This document shows positions 1-14,425 of a DNA stretch of 64,000 bases, piece by piece (the first letter of the stretch is position 1; each line of letters starts with the position of its first letter). Both the position numbers and the translations under genes were made by a program. The notes beneath the pieces are model-generated. The model ran no database searches. It was not told where the DNA came from and saw only the letters and a program-made list of their open reading frames with translations. Source of the DNA: Octopus vulgaris (Eukaryota); the NCBI GenBank assembly GCA_951406725.2, contig OX597815.1, positions 167,338,001-167,402,000 on the forward strand, read 5' to 3'.

Positions 1-1121
1 AATGGTAAGACAACAAAAGAATGAAAGAGACCTCGATATTATGTAAATAGAGGAATTTATCTGTAAATGTAATATGTGACAATTATTCGGTAGCCATGAT
101 AAAACTCCGAGTTCGGATTTTTCATAGTATTTTTCCGATGGCCGGATAACTGAAGAGATGGCGGCGTGGATTTCCATCTCGGCATCCGAAACAAGAACGC
201 AAAACATCCAGATAGACGATACAAAAAACACGGACGGGTCATTCGAAGCCTTTAATTTTCAGTCAAGAACCGGATCATCCTCGCAATTTCGGCTGATTAA
301 TCTTGAGATTGCTCCAGTCTGGCCAGCCCCAAAGAAAAACTAAGCTAAGAGCATTAGATTCCTTGGAAAAAAAGCTTCGAATGTATACGAAACAAGGACG
401 GAAAAACGGACGATGTTACACGAATATAAATACAAAAATAATACAAAACAACAATAATATATATATATATATATTGAAATATGTACACTCATAAGTATGT
501 GTATATATGTGTGTGTATGTGTGTGTATAATAAATCGAATGCTTTACACCTGGTAGCTTGCTGGTAAAGCACTGTTACGTCCAGTGCTAGTTATGTATAC
601 GGTAAATGAAAGACGGAAGATGGAATATACGAGAATTTTTATAATTAATCACGACACATCTAGCATCGATCCCTCACGGGTAGAACACTTAACAACTTGT
701 TCAGGAGCATACAGCGGTGTAGATGTTTTCTCATGAATTGATAAATAGATACAACTCGTTAAAATAACAATTCTACAATGTATCTTCTCATTTCGTAGAA
801 AGAAAGGCAACAAAACGAAGGAAATATTTTCATTTATATAGAAGATCAAAAATGAAAAAAATCACAGATGCAAAAATCAAACGAATGCGCCATACACGCA
901 ATAACCGTTAACAGATATAGATGTGTAAACGCCCTCTCGCAAGTGACATGGCACGTGCGCACTCACTCAGACAAACATCCGCAAAAATGTAAGCATACGC
1001 ACACGTGTGGATTGGTGCACTCATGATCACAAAGCGAGTTAAATAGCTAGTGGTGTTTATAAGTATGGGAAGGTAAAAAATAAATTTAATTCATCCATAT
1101 CTTAAAGTAAACTGTTTTTCT

Positions 1122-1270
1122 TTCTTTTATTCCTTTGTTTCAGTCATTTGACTGTGGCCATGCTGGAGCACCGCCTTTAGTCGAGCAAATCGATCCCAGG
1201 ACTTATTCTTTGTAAGCCTAGTACTTATTCTATCGGGCTCTCTTGCTGAACCGCTAGCTGACGGGGACGT
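1122..1270 (-). mobile_element. SINE family A, 3' half
   Basis: TTGTTTCAGTCATTTGACTGTGGCCATGCTGGAGCACCGCC block. Confidence 0.8.
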
Positions 1271-1973
1271 TGCATTATATAAAGAAATATAGATCCTATT
1301 TTGTTAGAAAAAATGCATAGTTTGAGAAAAGTAGTTTTGGTTTCCTTTAATAACAATATTCTTGAGCAAATATCGCAACCAATGTAGTGAGGCTGGCGTA
1401 TTTCCTGATTATAAATGGAGAAATTAATCTTTGGCATGGAATTTTCAATCTGTTTTGAATACGCGCCTGAATGAAAAGCTCATCAGAGATTGTGGATTCT
1501 AACAATTATATAAACTTTTTAGGAATTCATTAACGTTTTAATATCAATGAAGCAAATAATGAATAAGACCGTTTACCCAAAGCAAACTCAATAGTCAACG
1601 CAATTTCAGTCCGTGTTCAAAACCACAGTTTGTAATTTCCATTGTTAAAAAATATGGTACCATTGATAGGTCCGAAACCGTATGTCTAACGATACTAACT
1701 TGTTAAGAAGTTCAATAGACAAAGAATTGTCTCTAGTAGGAGAGTAAACGTATATATGTATAAGAATTGTATATTGAAACGTAAATAAATTATGTTATAT
1801 TTTCAGCTTTGCTAACGTGCGTATGTTGTTTATAGTGGATCAAAATAGTCTCATTATATCTACAAACATTTACGAAGTATTTTGTGACTTAACTGGCCGA
1901 AATTTCGAAGTCACTGTATAACATTATTGTTTAAGAATAATAATTATACACACACATACAGACAAATATATAC

Positions 1974-2033
<60 letters not shown>

Positions 2034-2080
2034 TATATATACATATATATATATATATCTTTGTATGCATGTTTCTCTCG

Positions 2081-2122
<42 letters not shown>

Positions 2123-2807
2123 ATATATATATTTAATACACACACACACACACACACACACATATAAATATATATATATATGTGCTTATAGAAATACATA
2201 CAAACATATATACACCCGCATACAATGACATATATACATACACACGCACACACTCTCACCACACGCATGTTTATGAGTAAGTGAATGAGTGAGTGTATGT
2301 GTGTATGGAGAAGGGGGTTGTGTGCTTGTGTGTATATATTTATTTGCTCGACGCGTAGTGGAGGCTGTGATTTTACACAAGCAGTGTTTGTGTATTTAAG
2401 CGTTGCATATAAGTGAATGAGTTACATAAACACGTGCGTTTATGTACATTTATATTATTCAAATCTAGATCTGCATATGTACAATATAAGAGCAGCGTAG
2501 TGTGCATCTGAGCGATGTAATAAATATTCTGTGAAGTCAACAATGCATTTTCATATATTTTCTCAACCAATTCTTTTAAAGGACACGCACAAATACACAC
2601 AGAAATATATAAGCACGCAAAGGCAAAACACACACGCACATGTTAGATGTTGTAGTGTATATAATCAAACCCGAAAAGAAAACCTCATACATATATGTTT
2701 AGTATGAGTGTGTGTGTGTGTATGTGTATAAATGCATATATATATATATGCGAATATATAGACAGGCATATATATATAATAATGATAAATCTCAGAGCGA
2801 GTTATAA

Positions 2808-2902
<95 letters not shown>

Positions 2903-3028
2903 CGGCAAACTGGACTTACAGAGGGTAGCAACAAGGGCGGTGCCCCAGCATGGCCTCAGCCGGATGGCTGAAACAAGTAAAAGAGTAAAAGAGTATTATA
3001 TATATGCATATATATATACATATATATA

Positions 3029-3206
3029 TTCAAAGAATACCAGATAAGCCACCCATAATTGGATACAACTCACCCAACAAGAACTCTCTACTTGAACAAA
3101 ACTTGACTTAAACAGGATTCGAATAATCCGATCAGGTGGTGCTATTAAGTTAGACATGGCCTGGACCAATCTTTGGTCGAAACATATCTAAGTTTATCTA
3201 AGTTTA
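3029..3206 (+). mobile_element. Short 3' fragment of a LINE related to the 28.5-30.1 kb element
   Basis: Shares CAGGTGGTGCTATTAAGTTAGACATGGCCTGG and a TCTAAGTT(T)A tandem tail with 30070-30143; upstream codes RIPDKP...GYNSPNKNSLLE, similar to VPDKP...GYVSANNNSLLE. Confidence 0.8.
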
Positions 3207-3252
3207 TATATGTATACATATACACATTATATATATGCATATATATATATAC

Positions 3253-3287
<35 letters not shown>

Positions 3288-3325
3288 TACATATATATGT
3301 ATACATATATATATACATATATATA

Positions 3326-3381
<56 letters not shown>

Positions 3382-3699
3382 AATTTATATATACAAACAA
3401 GAGAATGTAGCTTTTCACCCATTTGATTGGAGTTAAATATATTGAATAACAGTTTGATGCATCTCCACATTCTTCAATATATGATCAATATGATCAGTAT
3501 GTTATTTTTTTTGTATGTATTATAGTCATAAATGTCAGTCTATTTATTATCTCATTATAAAAAATTATTTCGAATTGAGATTGAAATATTTTGAATCCGA
3601 TGTAGAAATTTTGAAGAGACGTGTGACAAATTAATATTTAAAAAAACTGCTGTAAACATCAACTCATACATCAGTACAAGTACGTATTAAAGTGTTTTC

Positions 3700-3742
<43 letters not shown>

Positions 3743-3813
3743 TAGATAGCTATGTATTGTTATATATATATGTATGTATATGTATTATTTACATACATAT
3801 AAATATGTATGTC

Positions 3814-3852
<39 letters not shown>

Positions 3853-3906
3853 ACATATAAGGAATGGCCATAACAGGACATACGACTCACTAGAAAGAGC
3901 AGTTAA

Positions 3907-3938
<32 letters not shown>

Positions 3939-4300
3939 ATGTGTGTGTGTTTGTGTGTGTGTGTGCGTGTATGTATGCATGTATGTATATATATATGCAT
4001 GTATGCATGTATGTATATATATATATATGTGTAATTGTATATTTACACACATATATATATATACAAACACACACACATATACATATTCTTTAACAAAAAT
4101 AGTAAGGCCTCGATGTTTCGTTCTGCTAAGCCGTCACGAGACTGAATAATAAACGTGCAGATATTCTATAGAAAAGTATAGAGTAATAGTTTAGAAAAAA
4201 TTGTTTTTATTATAAGAGAAGATAAAACAAGCAAATATGCGTGTGTGCGCGCCGGTGTGTGTGTGTGTACACGTAAATATACCTATATAATATAGATATA

Positions 4301-4518
4301 CAGGATGTTCATAAATTACTTTTGCAACGCGAAAAATTCAGAAAATAAAGGATGAATTCAGAAGACCTTATTGGAAATCAAAGGCGTGCTAATAAATTTT
4401 ATTTGGAATATCAGCTCGCTTTCAAGTGGGCTCCAGTGGTCGCATGCTACCTAATGAGTTACCGTTTATCTTATTCTTTGAATTGTGTAAATACTAAAGG
4501 TAATTTATGAACACCCTG
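4301..4518. mobile_element. Tc1/mariner-type MITE
   Basis: TIRs CAGGATGTTCATAAATTAC / GTAATTTATGAACACCCTG with TA on both flanks. Confidence 0.85.
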
Positions 4519-4646
4519 TATATGCGTATATATACACATACATATATACATATAAATATATATGCGCATATATATATATATATATTGATATAGATAGATA
4601 GATAAATACATACATATATATGTATAAATATATATACATACATATA

Positions 4647-4693
<47 letters not shown>

Positions 4694-4777
4694 TAAAGTC
4701 ATGTAAGCATATACATGTGTATATGAATCTATATATATATGTATATATACACAAGTATATATATAGATATATATATG

Positions 4778-4832
<55 letters not shown>

Positions 4833-5249
4833 TGATATGAGTGTATGTGTATGTGTGTATATATATATATGTGTGTGTGTCTTGTGTTTGTGTGTGTGTG
4901 TATGTAAATATATATATATACACACACACATATACCTACATTCCTACTTGCCATATAAATAATGAAGCAATAAAATAAAAAATTAATATGAAAATATCAT
5001 ACAGAATTATTATGGATCCATTATATATAATTCATAAATATATTTAATAAGAATGTACTAATTTGTACCTCCCTTAAATTAATACCTTTTAAGTTAATCA
5101 TACGTTCACATTTTATGCAAAATCTTATACAGATTTTCTATGTTTATAAAGAAATCTTCTTAATTAGTTTGCGCATGTAGCATTTACTGCAAGAAAACAG
5201 TTATAAACATCTATACGGACTAATATTGATAATGATCATTTAAATAATT

Positions 5250-5700
5250 CTTTCTAATTTTAGCACAAGGCCAGCAGTTTTAAGGGCCGAGATGAGCCGA
5301 TTACAGCGACGTCAGTATTCAACTGCTCTTAATTCTTATTGATCCCGAATTGATGAAAGGTAACGACGACCTCGGTGGCATTTGAATCCATAAAGTAACG
5401 TAAAGAACCAAAAGAAGTGTGGCTTAGTATTTTGTCCGACGCACTGCTAATTCACTGCTTTATAGCGATATATAAATAATCTTCTCTACTATAGGCACAA
5501 GACCTGGAATTTTGGGCAAGTGGGTCTGTAGATTACATAGATATCTATGCTCAACTGGTACTTAATTTATTGCTCTGAATCGATGAAATTCAATGTCGAC
5601 CGCAGGTGTATATGAACTCAGAAGGTAAATAGCCAATAGAAATACATTCTAAGCATGTTTTCTGACTCCGTAATGATTCTGCCAGCCGGCCACCATATGA
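5250..5700 (-). mobile_element. Two old, diverged SINE-B copies
   Basis: Degenerate GCACAAGG...ATCGAC...GATGAAAGG...GACCTCGG...TTTGAA blocks. Confidence 0.55.
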
Positions 5701-5749
5701 CAATACATAAATAATGATCTAGAACATGGGGCTGAATAACAAATATAGA

Positions 5750-5854
5750 TAAATAAATAGGTAGGTAGGTAGATAGATGGATAGGTAAATAGACAGACAG
5801 GCAGGCAAGCAGACAGACAGACAGGCAGAAAGACAGAGAGGCAGACAGACAGAC

Positions 5855-5926
<72 letters not shown>

Positions 5927-5927
5927 G
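5750..5927. repeat. (TAGG)/(CAGA)/(TAGA)n microsatellite
   Basis: Direct reading. Confidence 0.95.
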
Positions 5928-5956
5928 GGTATTCTTTTATTCTATTATTTTTGTAT

Positions 5957-6577
5957 TTGTTTCAGTCATTTGACTGCGGCCATGCTGGAGCACCTCCTTT
6001 AGTCGAACAAGCATTTGTCTTATGAAGAAAGGCTGAAGACGCTCGACCTTATTCTCTCGAAAAACGACGACGCTGCGGTGATCTCATTCTCGCTCACATC
6101 AAAAGCGGAAAGTGTAACCTCTCGAAAGAGTTGTTCTTCATTCCTGCTCCAGAGCGTGGGCTGCGGAGTCACTCCTAAAAGCTCTATCTACGACGATTTC
6201 ATCTCAATCGAAGGAGAGGGGCTTTCTCCGTCCGGGTTGCAGATCCGTGGAATAAGCTGCCGGACGAGATAGTGAAGATGCGGACGACCGCACGGTTCAA
6301 AGTCTCTCTTGACCAGAAATGGCCTCAACTCTTTGTATGACCACCCTCCCTGTACATAACTTCCTGTCCTCCTACATGGCCTTGCTTTTGCTTTTTGAGC
6401 CAATAAAAATCAAATTGAAAAAATTGAATTGAAAAAATCGATCCCAGGACTTATTCTATCGCTATCTTTTGCCGAACAGCTAATTTACGGGCACTTAAAC
6501 ACACCAGCATCGTTTGTCAAGCGATGGTGACGGGACAAACACAGACACACAAATACACACATACATACATACATACA

Positions 6578-6660
<83 letters not shown>

Positions 6661-6827
6661 CAGTCTTCTTTCAGTTTCCGTCTACCAAATCCACTCACAA
6701 GGCTGTGGTCGACCCAAGGCTATAGTAGAAGAAATTTGCCCAAAGTGCCCCGCAGTGGACACCTTGGTAAACCCAGAACCATGTGATTGGGAAACAAGCT
6801 TCTTACCATACAACCATTCCTGCGCCT
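5957..6827 (-). mobile_element. SINE family A, interrupted by a CR1 fragment and an expanded microsatellite
   Basis: Homologous to 45896-46308 on both sides of the 6011-6436 insert. Confidence 0.8.
6011..6436 (+). mobile_element. 3' end of a second CR1-type LINE nested inside a SINE-A copy
   Basis: Frameshifted LSYEERLKTLDL...RRRCGDLI...RRRGAFSVRVADPWNKLPDEIV...FKVSLD, then AATAAA and a TTGAA-type tail. It splits SINE-A between GTCGAACAA and ATCGATCCCAGG. Confidence 0.8.
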
Positions 6828-7685
6828 ATATGGTATGTGTGTATTTATATGAAACAGGGAAAGTTAAAGAGGGGGGTGGGAGAAAGAATTGATTGAACTG
6901 ACCTAAATTTCGATCGTCTAGATACATATCGATTCATATCTGTGCAGTTAATCGACTTTTAAGGAATAATGGGTAAACCTTCCCCAGGCTTTATATTCTG
7001 AACACTGAAAATATGCTAGTAGACACATCTATAAAGAAAGTATGTTCCGAGAAGGTCTTACATGGAATTGTTTTAATCTTAGCCTCCTCCATTTAGGAGT
7101 TTTCAGGAGCCAAGCAAAAAGGAAAGAAATGTCAGCAACAACTGACATTTTTTTTTTATTATTCACACAAGTAGAACAAAATGTAATGTTCACTTGAAAA
7201 TAAATTTCAAACCATAATATGCAAGGAGGATAGAACTGCATACGTTACCGGTTTCGCCAACGACGAGTCCTATATGGTCTTATATTAATTCTTTTATGCG
7301 TTTCAGCCCAAAGGTTGTAGCCATGCTGGAGCACTGATTTGGTTTTTTGGGGGTTTTTTTTTTTCGTTTTTGTTTTTTACTTCGATATTATTATAAATTG
7401 AAAAGAAATCAGATATAATCATTGTCTCTCATCTCCGTAGGAAGGATAGAAAGAAAGCAACGGAAACACATGTGTGGAATTTGAACTCATAATTTAAAGA
7501 AAAGGGTATATGGATTAATTATAATGCATTCAGTATCAATGAATTGCACTAGTATAGTTTTAAGAATATCTAAAATCAGATACATACACATACATACACA
7601 CACACACATTCATTCATTCATACATACAGACACACATACATATATACACACATACATAAATACACACATACATACATAAATATAA

Positions 7686-8067
7686 GGAAGCACTCCGTCG
7701 GTTACGACGATGAGGGTTCCGGGTGATCCGATCAACGGAACAGCCTGCTCATGAAATTAACGTGTAAGTGGCTGAGCACTCCACAGACACGTGTACCCTT
7801 AACGTAGTTCTTGGGGATATTCAGCGTGACACAGAGAGTGACAAGGCCGGCCCTTTGAAATACAGGTACAACAGAAACAGGAAGTAAGAGTGAGAGAAAG
7901 TTGTGGTGAAAGAGTACAGCAGAGATCACCACCATCCCTGCCGGAGCCTCATGGAGCTTTAGGTGTTTCCGCTCAGTAAACACTCACAACGCCCGGTCTG
8001 GGAATCGAAACCGCGATCCTACGACCGCGAGTCCGCTGCCCTAACCACTGGGCCATTGCGCCTCCAC
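7686..8067 (-). mobile_element. SINE family C, full-length, tRNA-derived head
   Basis: Minus-strand head GGAGGCGCAATGGCCCAGTGGTTAGGGCAGCGGACTCGCGGTCGTAGGATCGCGGTTTCGATTCCC (A and B boxes); near-identical copy at 24901-25286. Confidence 0.88.
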
Positions 8068-8120
8068 ATACATAAATATACACTTACATATATAGAATTC
8101 CTGAATAAATGTGTATGTAT

Positions 8121-8157
<37 letters not shown>

Positions 8158-8625
8158 TGTGTGAATGTGATGTTCGTAGTGTTCTTGTATATGAATGACA
8201 TAGACGAAAAGAGCGGAAATGATCAAAAACAGAATTTCTGCTCACAATATTTCAGCATCTTTACGAAGCACAAGGGACTGCCAGTCTGTCTCTCTGTTTT
8301 TGTCTCTATCTCTCTCATTCTCTCTCTCTCTCTCGGTCACTGACTCACGCACTCTTTACGGAAGCTACTTGCACCATGCACACGTACACACAAAAACGTG
8401 TATTACTATACAAAAGCCTTATACATATACACTCCACACGAACAAGAGTATTACACGCATTCACACACACCTTGACATTTTTTTTGCACTTTCTCCGGAC
8501 TAAATACTCCTTCTTTCTTTTCCTCTTCTTTGGAAGTTTTTTTTGCCACTATCCTCTCTAATTTTTCCATCTAGACACAACGTCGATCTGGCACATTAAC
8601 TGTGTGCGGCCAATTGACTTTCTCA

Positions 8626-8845
<220 letters not shown>

Positions 8846-8907
8846 CAAATGTACATGTGGCCATGATAGATAGGTAACCACTACACACATTTTTTTCTCT
8901 CCTTGCT

Positions 8908-8945
8908 TCTTTCTGTGGAAGAGCGTAGGCTCGAAACGTAAAAGA
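8908..8945 (+). ncRNA. Minimal hammerhead-like motif (A6 variant) in a short repeat (about 8870-8981)
   Basis: UCUUU-CUGUGGA-A-GAGC-GUAG-GCUC-GAAA-CG-UA-AAAGA; stems I and II are perfect, core A6 reads U. Confidence 0.5.
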
Positions 8946-9479
8946 CTTTTCCAATTCCTGAACGTTATACTAATACATCTGGTGAGTACATAGCTATATG
9001 TCACTGCAATTAAAGATATGGGAAGTTGAAATTTTCGCTTTGCCTATGTGTTGCCAATACTTGGGCAGGCAAAATCCTTTCACTGTGAGGCATTGATCTG
9101 AACATTAAAATCAATTAATTATTACACGATTCATGTTTGAAATAGTCATACATAGAATAAATACTTTATTGTTATTCTCACAAATATTCGCACTTAAATA
9201 ATAATCTCGGCAAAGTCATAATTGCGTAGCAGTGATATTTCACTTGGATAACGCCGCTTCATATTCGATCTTACTGCATAGATATTTCGGCAATAGCTGA
9301 CAAAGAACAGCAAACAATATACGTATATGTATGTGTGGGAAAGGGGTGCGCGCATGTGTGTCTGTATATATATATATGCAGAAAAAGAGAGAGAGGAAGG
9401 AAGATAGATAGACAGATACATACATAGATAGATATAGATAAATATGCATATACATGTATATGTACATACACAGACACAG

Positions 9480-9564
<85 letters not shown>

Positions 9565-9599
9565 ACATTGGGAAAATGACAGAAGCTCGTCGTATATAC

Positions 9600-9647
<48 letters not shown>

Positions 9648-9701
9648 ATGTATGTATGTATGTATGTATGTATGTGTGCGTATATGTTTGGATGTATGTA
9701 T

Positions 9702-9929
9702 GGCGGCTAGCTGGCAGAAACGTTAGCACGCCTGGCGAAATGCGTAGCCATATTCCTTCTGCCGTTACGTTCTGAGTTCAAATTACCCCGAGGTCGACTT
9801 TACCTTTCATCCCTTCGGGGTAGATAAACTAAGAACCAGTTACGCACTGAGATAGATGTAATCGACTTAATCTGTTTGTCCGTCCTAATTTGTCCCTTCT
9901 GTGTTTAGCCCCTTGTGGGTAGTAATGAA

Positions 9930-9930
<1 letters not shown>
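9702..9930 (+). mobile_element. SINE family B
   Basis: Homologous to 14442-14676. Confidence 0.85.
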
Positions 9931-9995
<65 letters not shown>

Positions 9996-10009
9996 ATATG
10001 TATAAATAT

Positions 10010-10041
<32 letters not shown>

Positions 10042-10289
10042 GTACAAGCACTTACACACACAGATATGTACACACACAAAGAGACATAGATTCATGTATA
10101 TAAGTATATATATACTTTGATAAGTATGAATATATGTACATACACACAGGCACGCAAACAACACGCAGTATCTGCAATTTTGTACGTGTGCGTGTATGAC
10201 TAAAATGTCTATACGTGTGTATGACTTTTATCTATCCACGTGTGTTTCTCTGTGCACGTGTTTTTTGTGTCTGAGGGTATGGATGTATA

Positions 10290-10611
10290 TCTTTTTAAAT
10301 ATAATTCAAGGTAAAAATATATGCATACCTACATACATATAAATATGCGTACATGTTTACATATTTGTATATGTATCTTTGTATATAGTTATAAATTCGT
10401 ATATGTACGTATGTATGTATATATGTATATATGAATGTATGTGTACACATATATATGCATGTATGTATGTGCACGTATCATGAGCAGAAGTTTGTATGCA
10501 CGCATACAGTTACAACAGACATATAATGCACACATAAAATGATATAACTAGTCACTTGTGCATTCAATATACATGTATTACCGATGAGTCTGTCACTGAC
10601 TACCTATGTGC

Positions 10612-10649
<38 letters not shown>

Positions 10650-10847
10650 TTTCTTTCAACATTCATTTTTGCTTGCAATAGCCGGTTGTTTTGGTCAAAC
10701 TATCGTATCTCCAAGCTGGTTCAGATACCAAGATATAAAAAATTGTCAAAGTGTAGTATAAGGTTTTGCTATGAAGTGATGAAACTACATTACCGCTTTC
10801 TGAATAATCAACGTTTTGAACTTACGACACATTTGCATAATAGCAAC

Positions 10848-10899
<52 letters not shown>

Positions 10900-10908
10900 T
10901 ATACATAC

Positions 10909-10985
<77 letters not shown>

Positions 10986-11174
10986 CATAGATATATACAT
11001 ACATATATATATATATATTATATAGAAACAGGGGGAGTGATAAATGTCTGTGTATATGTATGTACACGTGTATATATGCGCATACATACATATTTATACG
11101 TATACGTATAAATATATGTATATATATATATATACGCATATACGTATCTAAACATTTATATGAATATACATATG

Positions 11175-11237
<63 letters not shown>

Positions 11238-11874
11238 CTCTATCAATCTATATATATATATGTGTGTGCATATTTGCATATTTATATATGTGTATATGTA
11301 TAATATATGTATATATGAATAAACATATATAAGTGCACATATATTCACCTATACACTAAAACACGTTGATGTATATATACATATGTGTGTGTATGTATGT
11401 TTGTATATATATTATATATCAACATACATATATATATATTGATGTATATATAGACACATATATGTATATTTATATATACATATATATATATGTACATATA
11501 TATGCATATATATATATAAATATATATCCGACAGTTTGGATATTTCCAAATATATATTTTTTATATGTTCGTGTATATTAATGTATATATGTATGCATAT
11601 ACTATATCTAATTATTTATGCATACATAAATGTGTATAATACTTTATATTAATCTCTCTATGACTGCCTTTCGGCAAGTGATTATATAATCTTCCACATA
11701 TTAAAAGTATTTCGAAATATACCGCAATGTTGTTTTTATATATATAATTCAGGTAAAATAATTGTATATTCACGCATACAATTACAACAGACATATAATG
11801 CACACATAAAATGATGTGGCTAGTCACTTGTGCATTTAATATACACGTATTACCGATGTGGCTATCACTGACTA

Positions 11875-11924
<50 letters not shown>

Positions 11925-11950
11925 TCTTTTTTCAAGATACATTTTGCATT
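10290..11950 (+). repeat. Local direct duplication (about 10290-10680 vs about 11733-11950)
   Basis: CGCATACA.TTACAACAGACATATAATGCACACATAAAATGAT...CTAGTCACTTGTGCATT...TCACTGACTACCTAT occurs at 10501 and 11773. Confidence 0.8.
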
Positions 11951-12275
11951 ATCTAATCATCCTTTGCATAAGTCTTGAGAGATTTTTCTTAACATTTCAT
12001 CACTCATGGCTCAATACATTAAATCAGCACCAATAATCTACAGATTAGTTTCAGGTAACCATAAATATTTCTCGATTCCCCAACTTTTGACCTTATTCCA
12101 ATGAGAGGATTTTTTATTAATACCATTCTTTGTATCTAAAACAGCTACCTTACTTATCGCAACCAACTCAAGGGTTTCTACAATGCTTGTTTACCCTGAA
12201 TAATTTTCATATATATGCATGTGTGTGTGTTTGTGTGTGTGTGTGTGTGCGTGCTTCTGTGTGTGTGTTTATGTA

Positions 12276-12307
<32 letters not shown>

Positions 12308-12721
12308 CCTGTTTACATCCCATCTATTAAGGCATTTTTACAGTCGAAACTCTATTGACCTCTGTTATGAGGTTTGTCTTTATCCTTATATGTTATGTTG
12401 GAATAAATATATTATAATTTAACTTGATACCTGTTCTCTGCTTGTAATACACGAATAATCTCGAACGCTACATTTCCCTATGACTTATATTTGTTTAAGC
12501 AGTTATCACATTCCTTACTTTTAAAGTTGACGTTTAAGCACAAATTCTCCCTGACCATTAATTTTAAGTATCTATTGTCAATCATTTGACAGTGTATGTC
12601 CCACAAATATGTATATATATATACTCACACGCGCATAATACATATATATGTGTGAGTGTGCATATTTATATATATGCATGTATCTATATATATAAACACA
12701 CACGCACATATACATATATGT

Positions 12722-12785
<64 letters not shown>

Positions 12786-12945
12786 TCTCGTCACAAGAAA
12801 TCATTAATTTTTGAGAGAACGAAATAAGATTTCGAGGAATTTTAGCCTCGAAATATATATAAAGCTATAAATAATAACATGTACTTCGAGACCCAAAATC
12901 GAAGTATTTCATATACAAACGTACATACATACATACATACATACA

Positions 12946-12976
<31 letters not shown>

Positions 12977-12992
12977 TTATATATATATATAC

Positions 12993-13056
<64 letters not shown>

Positions 13057-13559
13057 GATGTGTTTGTCCTGTATGTCTGTTATACGTGTAAATAAGCCAT
13101 ATGTCATCCTTTGTATATTACCATTTTTGCTATTGGGTACCCCAATACTAGTTATTTCAATGCCAATATTTTTCTGGGTTTTGCTATGAGATAATCTTTT
13201 GTTGGAATTAAAATATAGATATGAAATCGATTTGGGGATTTCTGATTTCATTCGTCTTTTCTTTTTTTTTCTTTTTCTCTCTTTTTTCTTCTTTTTGAAT
13301 TTCCATATTTTGTTTTTCATATCCGTCAAAATTCATACTGTTATTATTTGTCTTCGTAATATCTCCAGCATCTATCACCCTTCTTGGAAATCAAGAAAAC
13401 CTTCTCACCGTCATCGTTGTCATCATCATCATCATTTATATTATGATTATTAAATGACATTTGGTAATTTCAAGTAAATTTCTCCTGCATCACCTGCTGC
13501 AGCTCCGTATTGCTTCGGTGTTTGCAACATTGAGTCTCCTTCCTTTTGGTGGGGGAGTG

Positions 13560-14348
13560 TACAAAATGCTTATCGGCATTTCGTTCGTCTTTACGTTCTG
13601 ACATCAAATTCCACCAAAGTTGACTTTGGCTTTCATCCTTTCAGGATCGATAAAAGAAAATGATGCACCAGTTGAGTACTGGGATCGACGTAATCGACTT
13701 CCCCACTCCAAGAAATTGCTGGCCTTGTGCTAAATTTTGAAACCATTATCATTATTGTTGTTGTTACTAAGGCGGCGAACTGGCAGAGATGTCAGCACGC
13801 CGGGCGAAATGCTTAGCGGTATTTCGTCTGCCGTTACGTTGTGAGTTCAAATTCAGCCGAGGTCGACTTTACCTTTCATCCTTTCGGGGTCGATTAAATA
13901 AGTACCAGTTACGCACTGGGGTCGATATAATCGACTTAATCCGTTTGTCTGTCCTAGTTTGTCCTCTCTGTGTTTAGCCTCTTGTGGGTAGTAAAGAAAT
14001 AAGAACCGTTAGTACGCCGGAAAAAAAGGCTTTACAGCATTCCGTATATCTTCATGTTCTGGGGTATTATCATAATTGTCGTTGCTGCTGCTGCTGCTGT
14101 TGTCGTTATCGTCGTCATCGTTGTTCCTTTTACTAAAGCGGCGATCTGGCAGCATCGTTAGCAAGCTAGGCAAAATATTTAGTGGCATTTCATCCTTCTT
14201 TTCGTTCTGAGTTCAAATTCCACCGAGGCCGACTTTGACTTTCATTCTTTCGAGGTCGATAAACTAAGTACCATTGAAATAATGTGGCCGATATAATCGA
14301 CCAGTCTCCTCCCACCAAATATGAGGCCTTGTGCCTCCAGTAGAGAAG

Positions 14349-14425
<77 letters not shown>

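Noticed and set aside
7246-7270. Minus-strand GAAA-CCGG-UA hammerhead 3' half
   Set aside because: No CUGANGA or stem I found upstream.
9040-9075. Short hairpin considered as a pre-miRNA
   Set aside because: The stem is too short and imperfect for Drosha/Dicer geometry.
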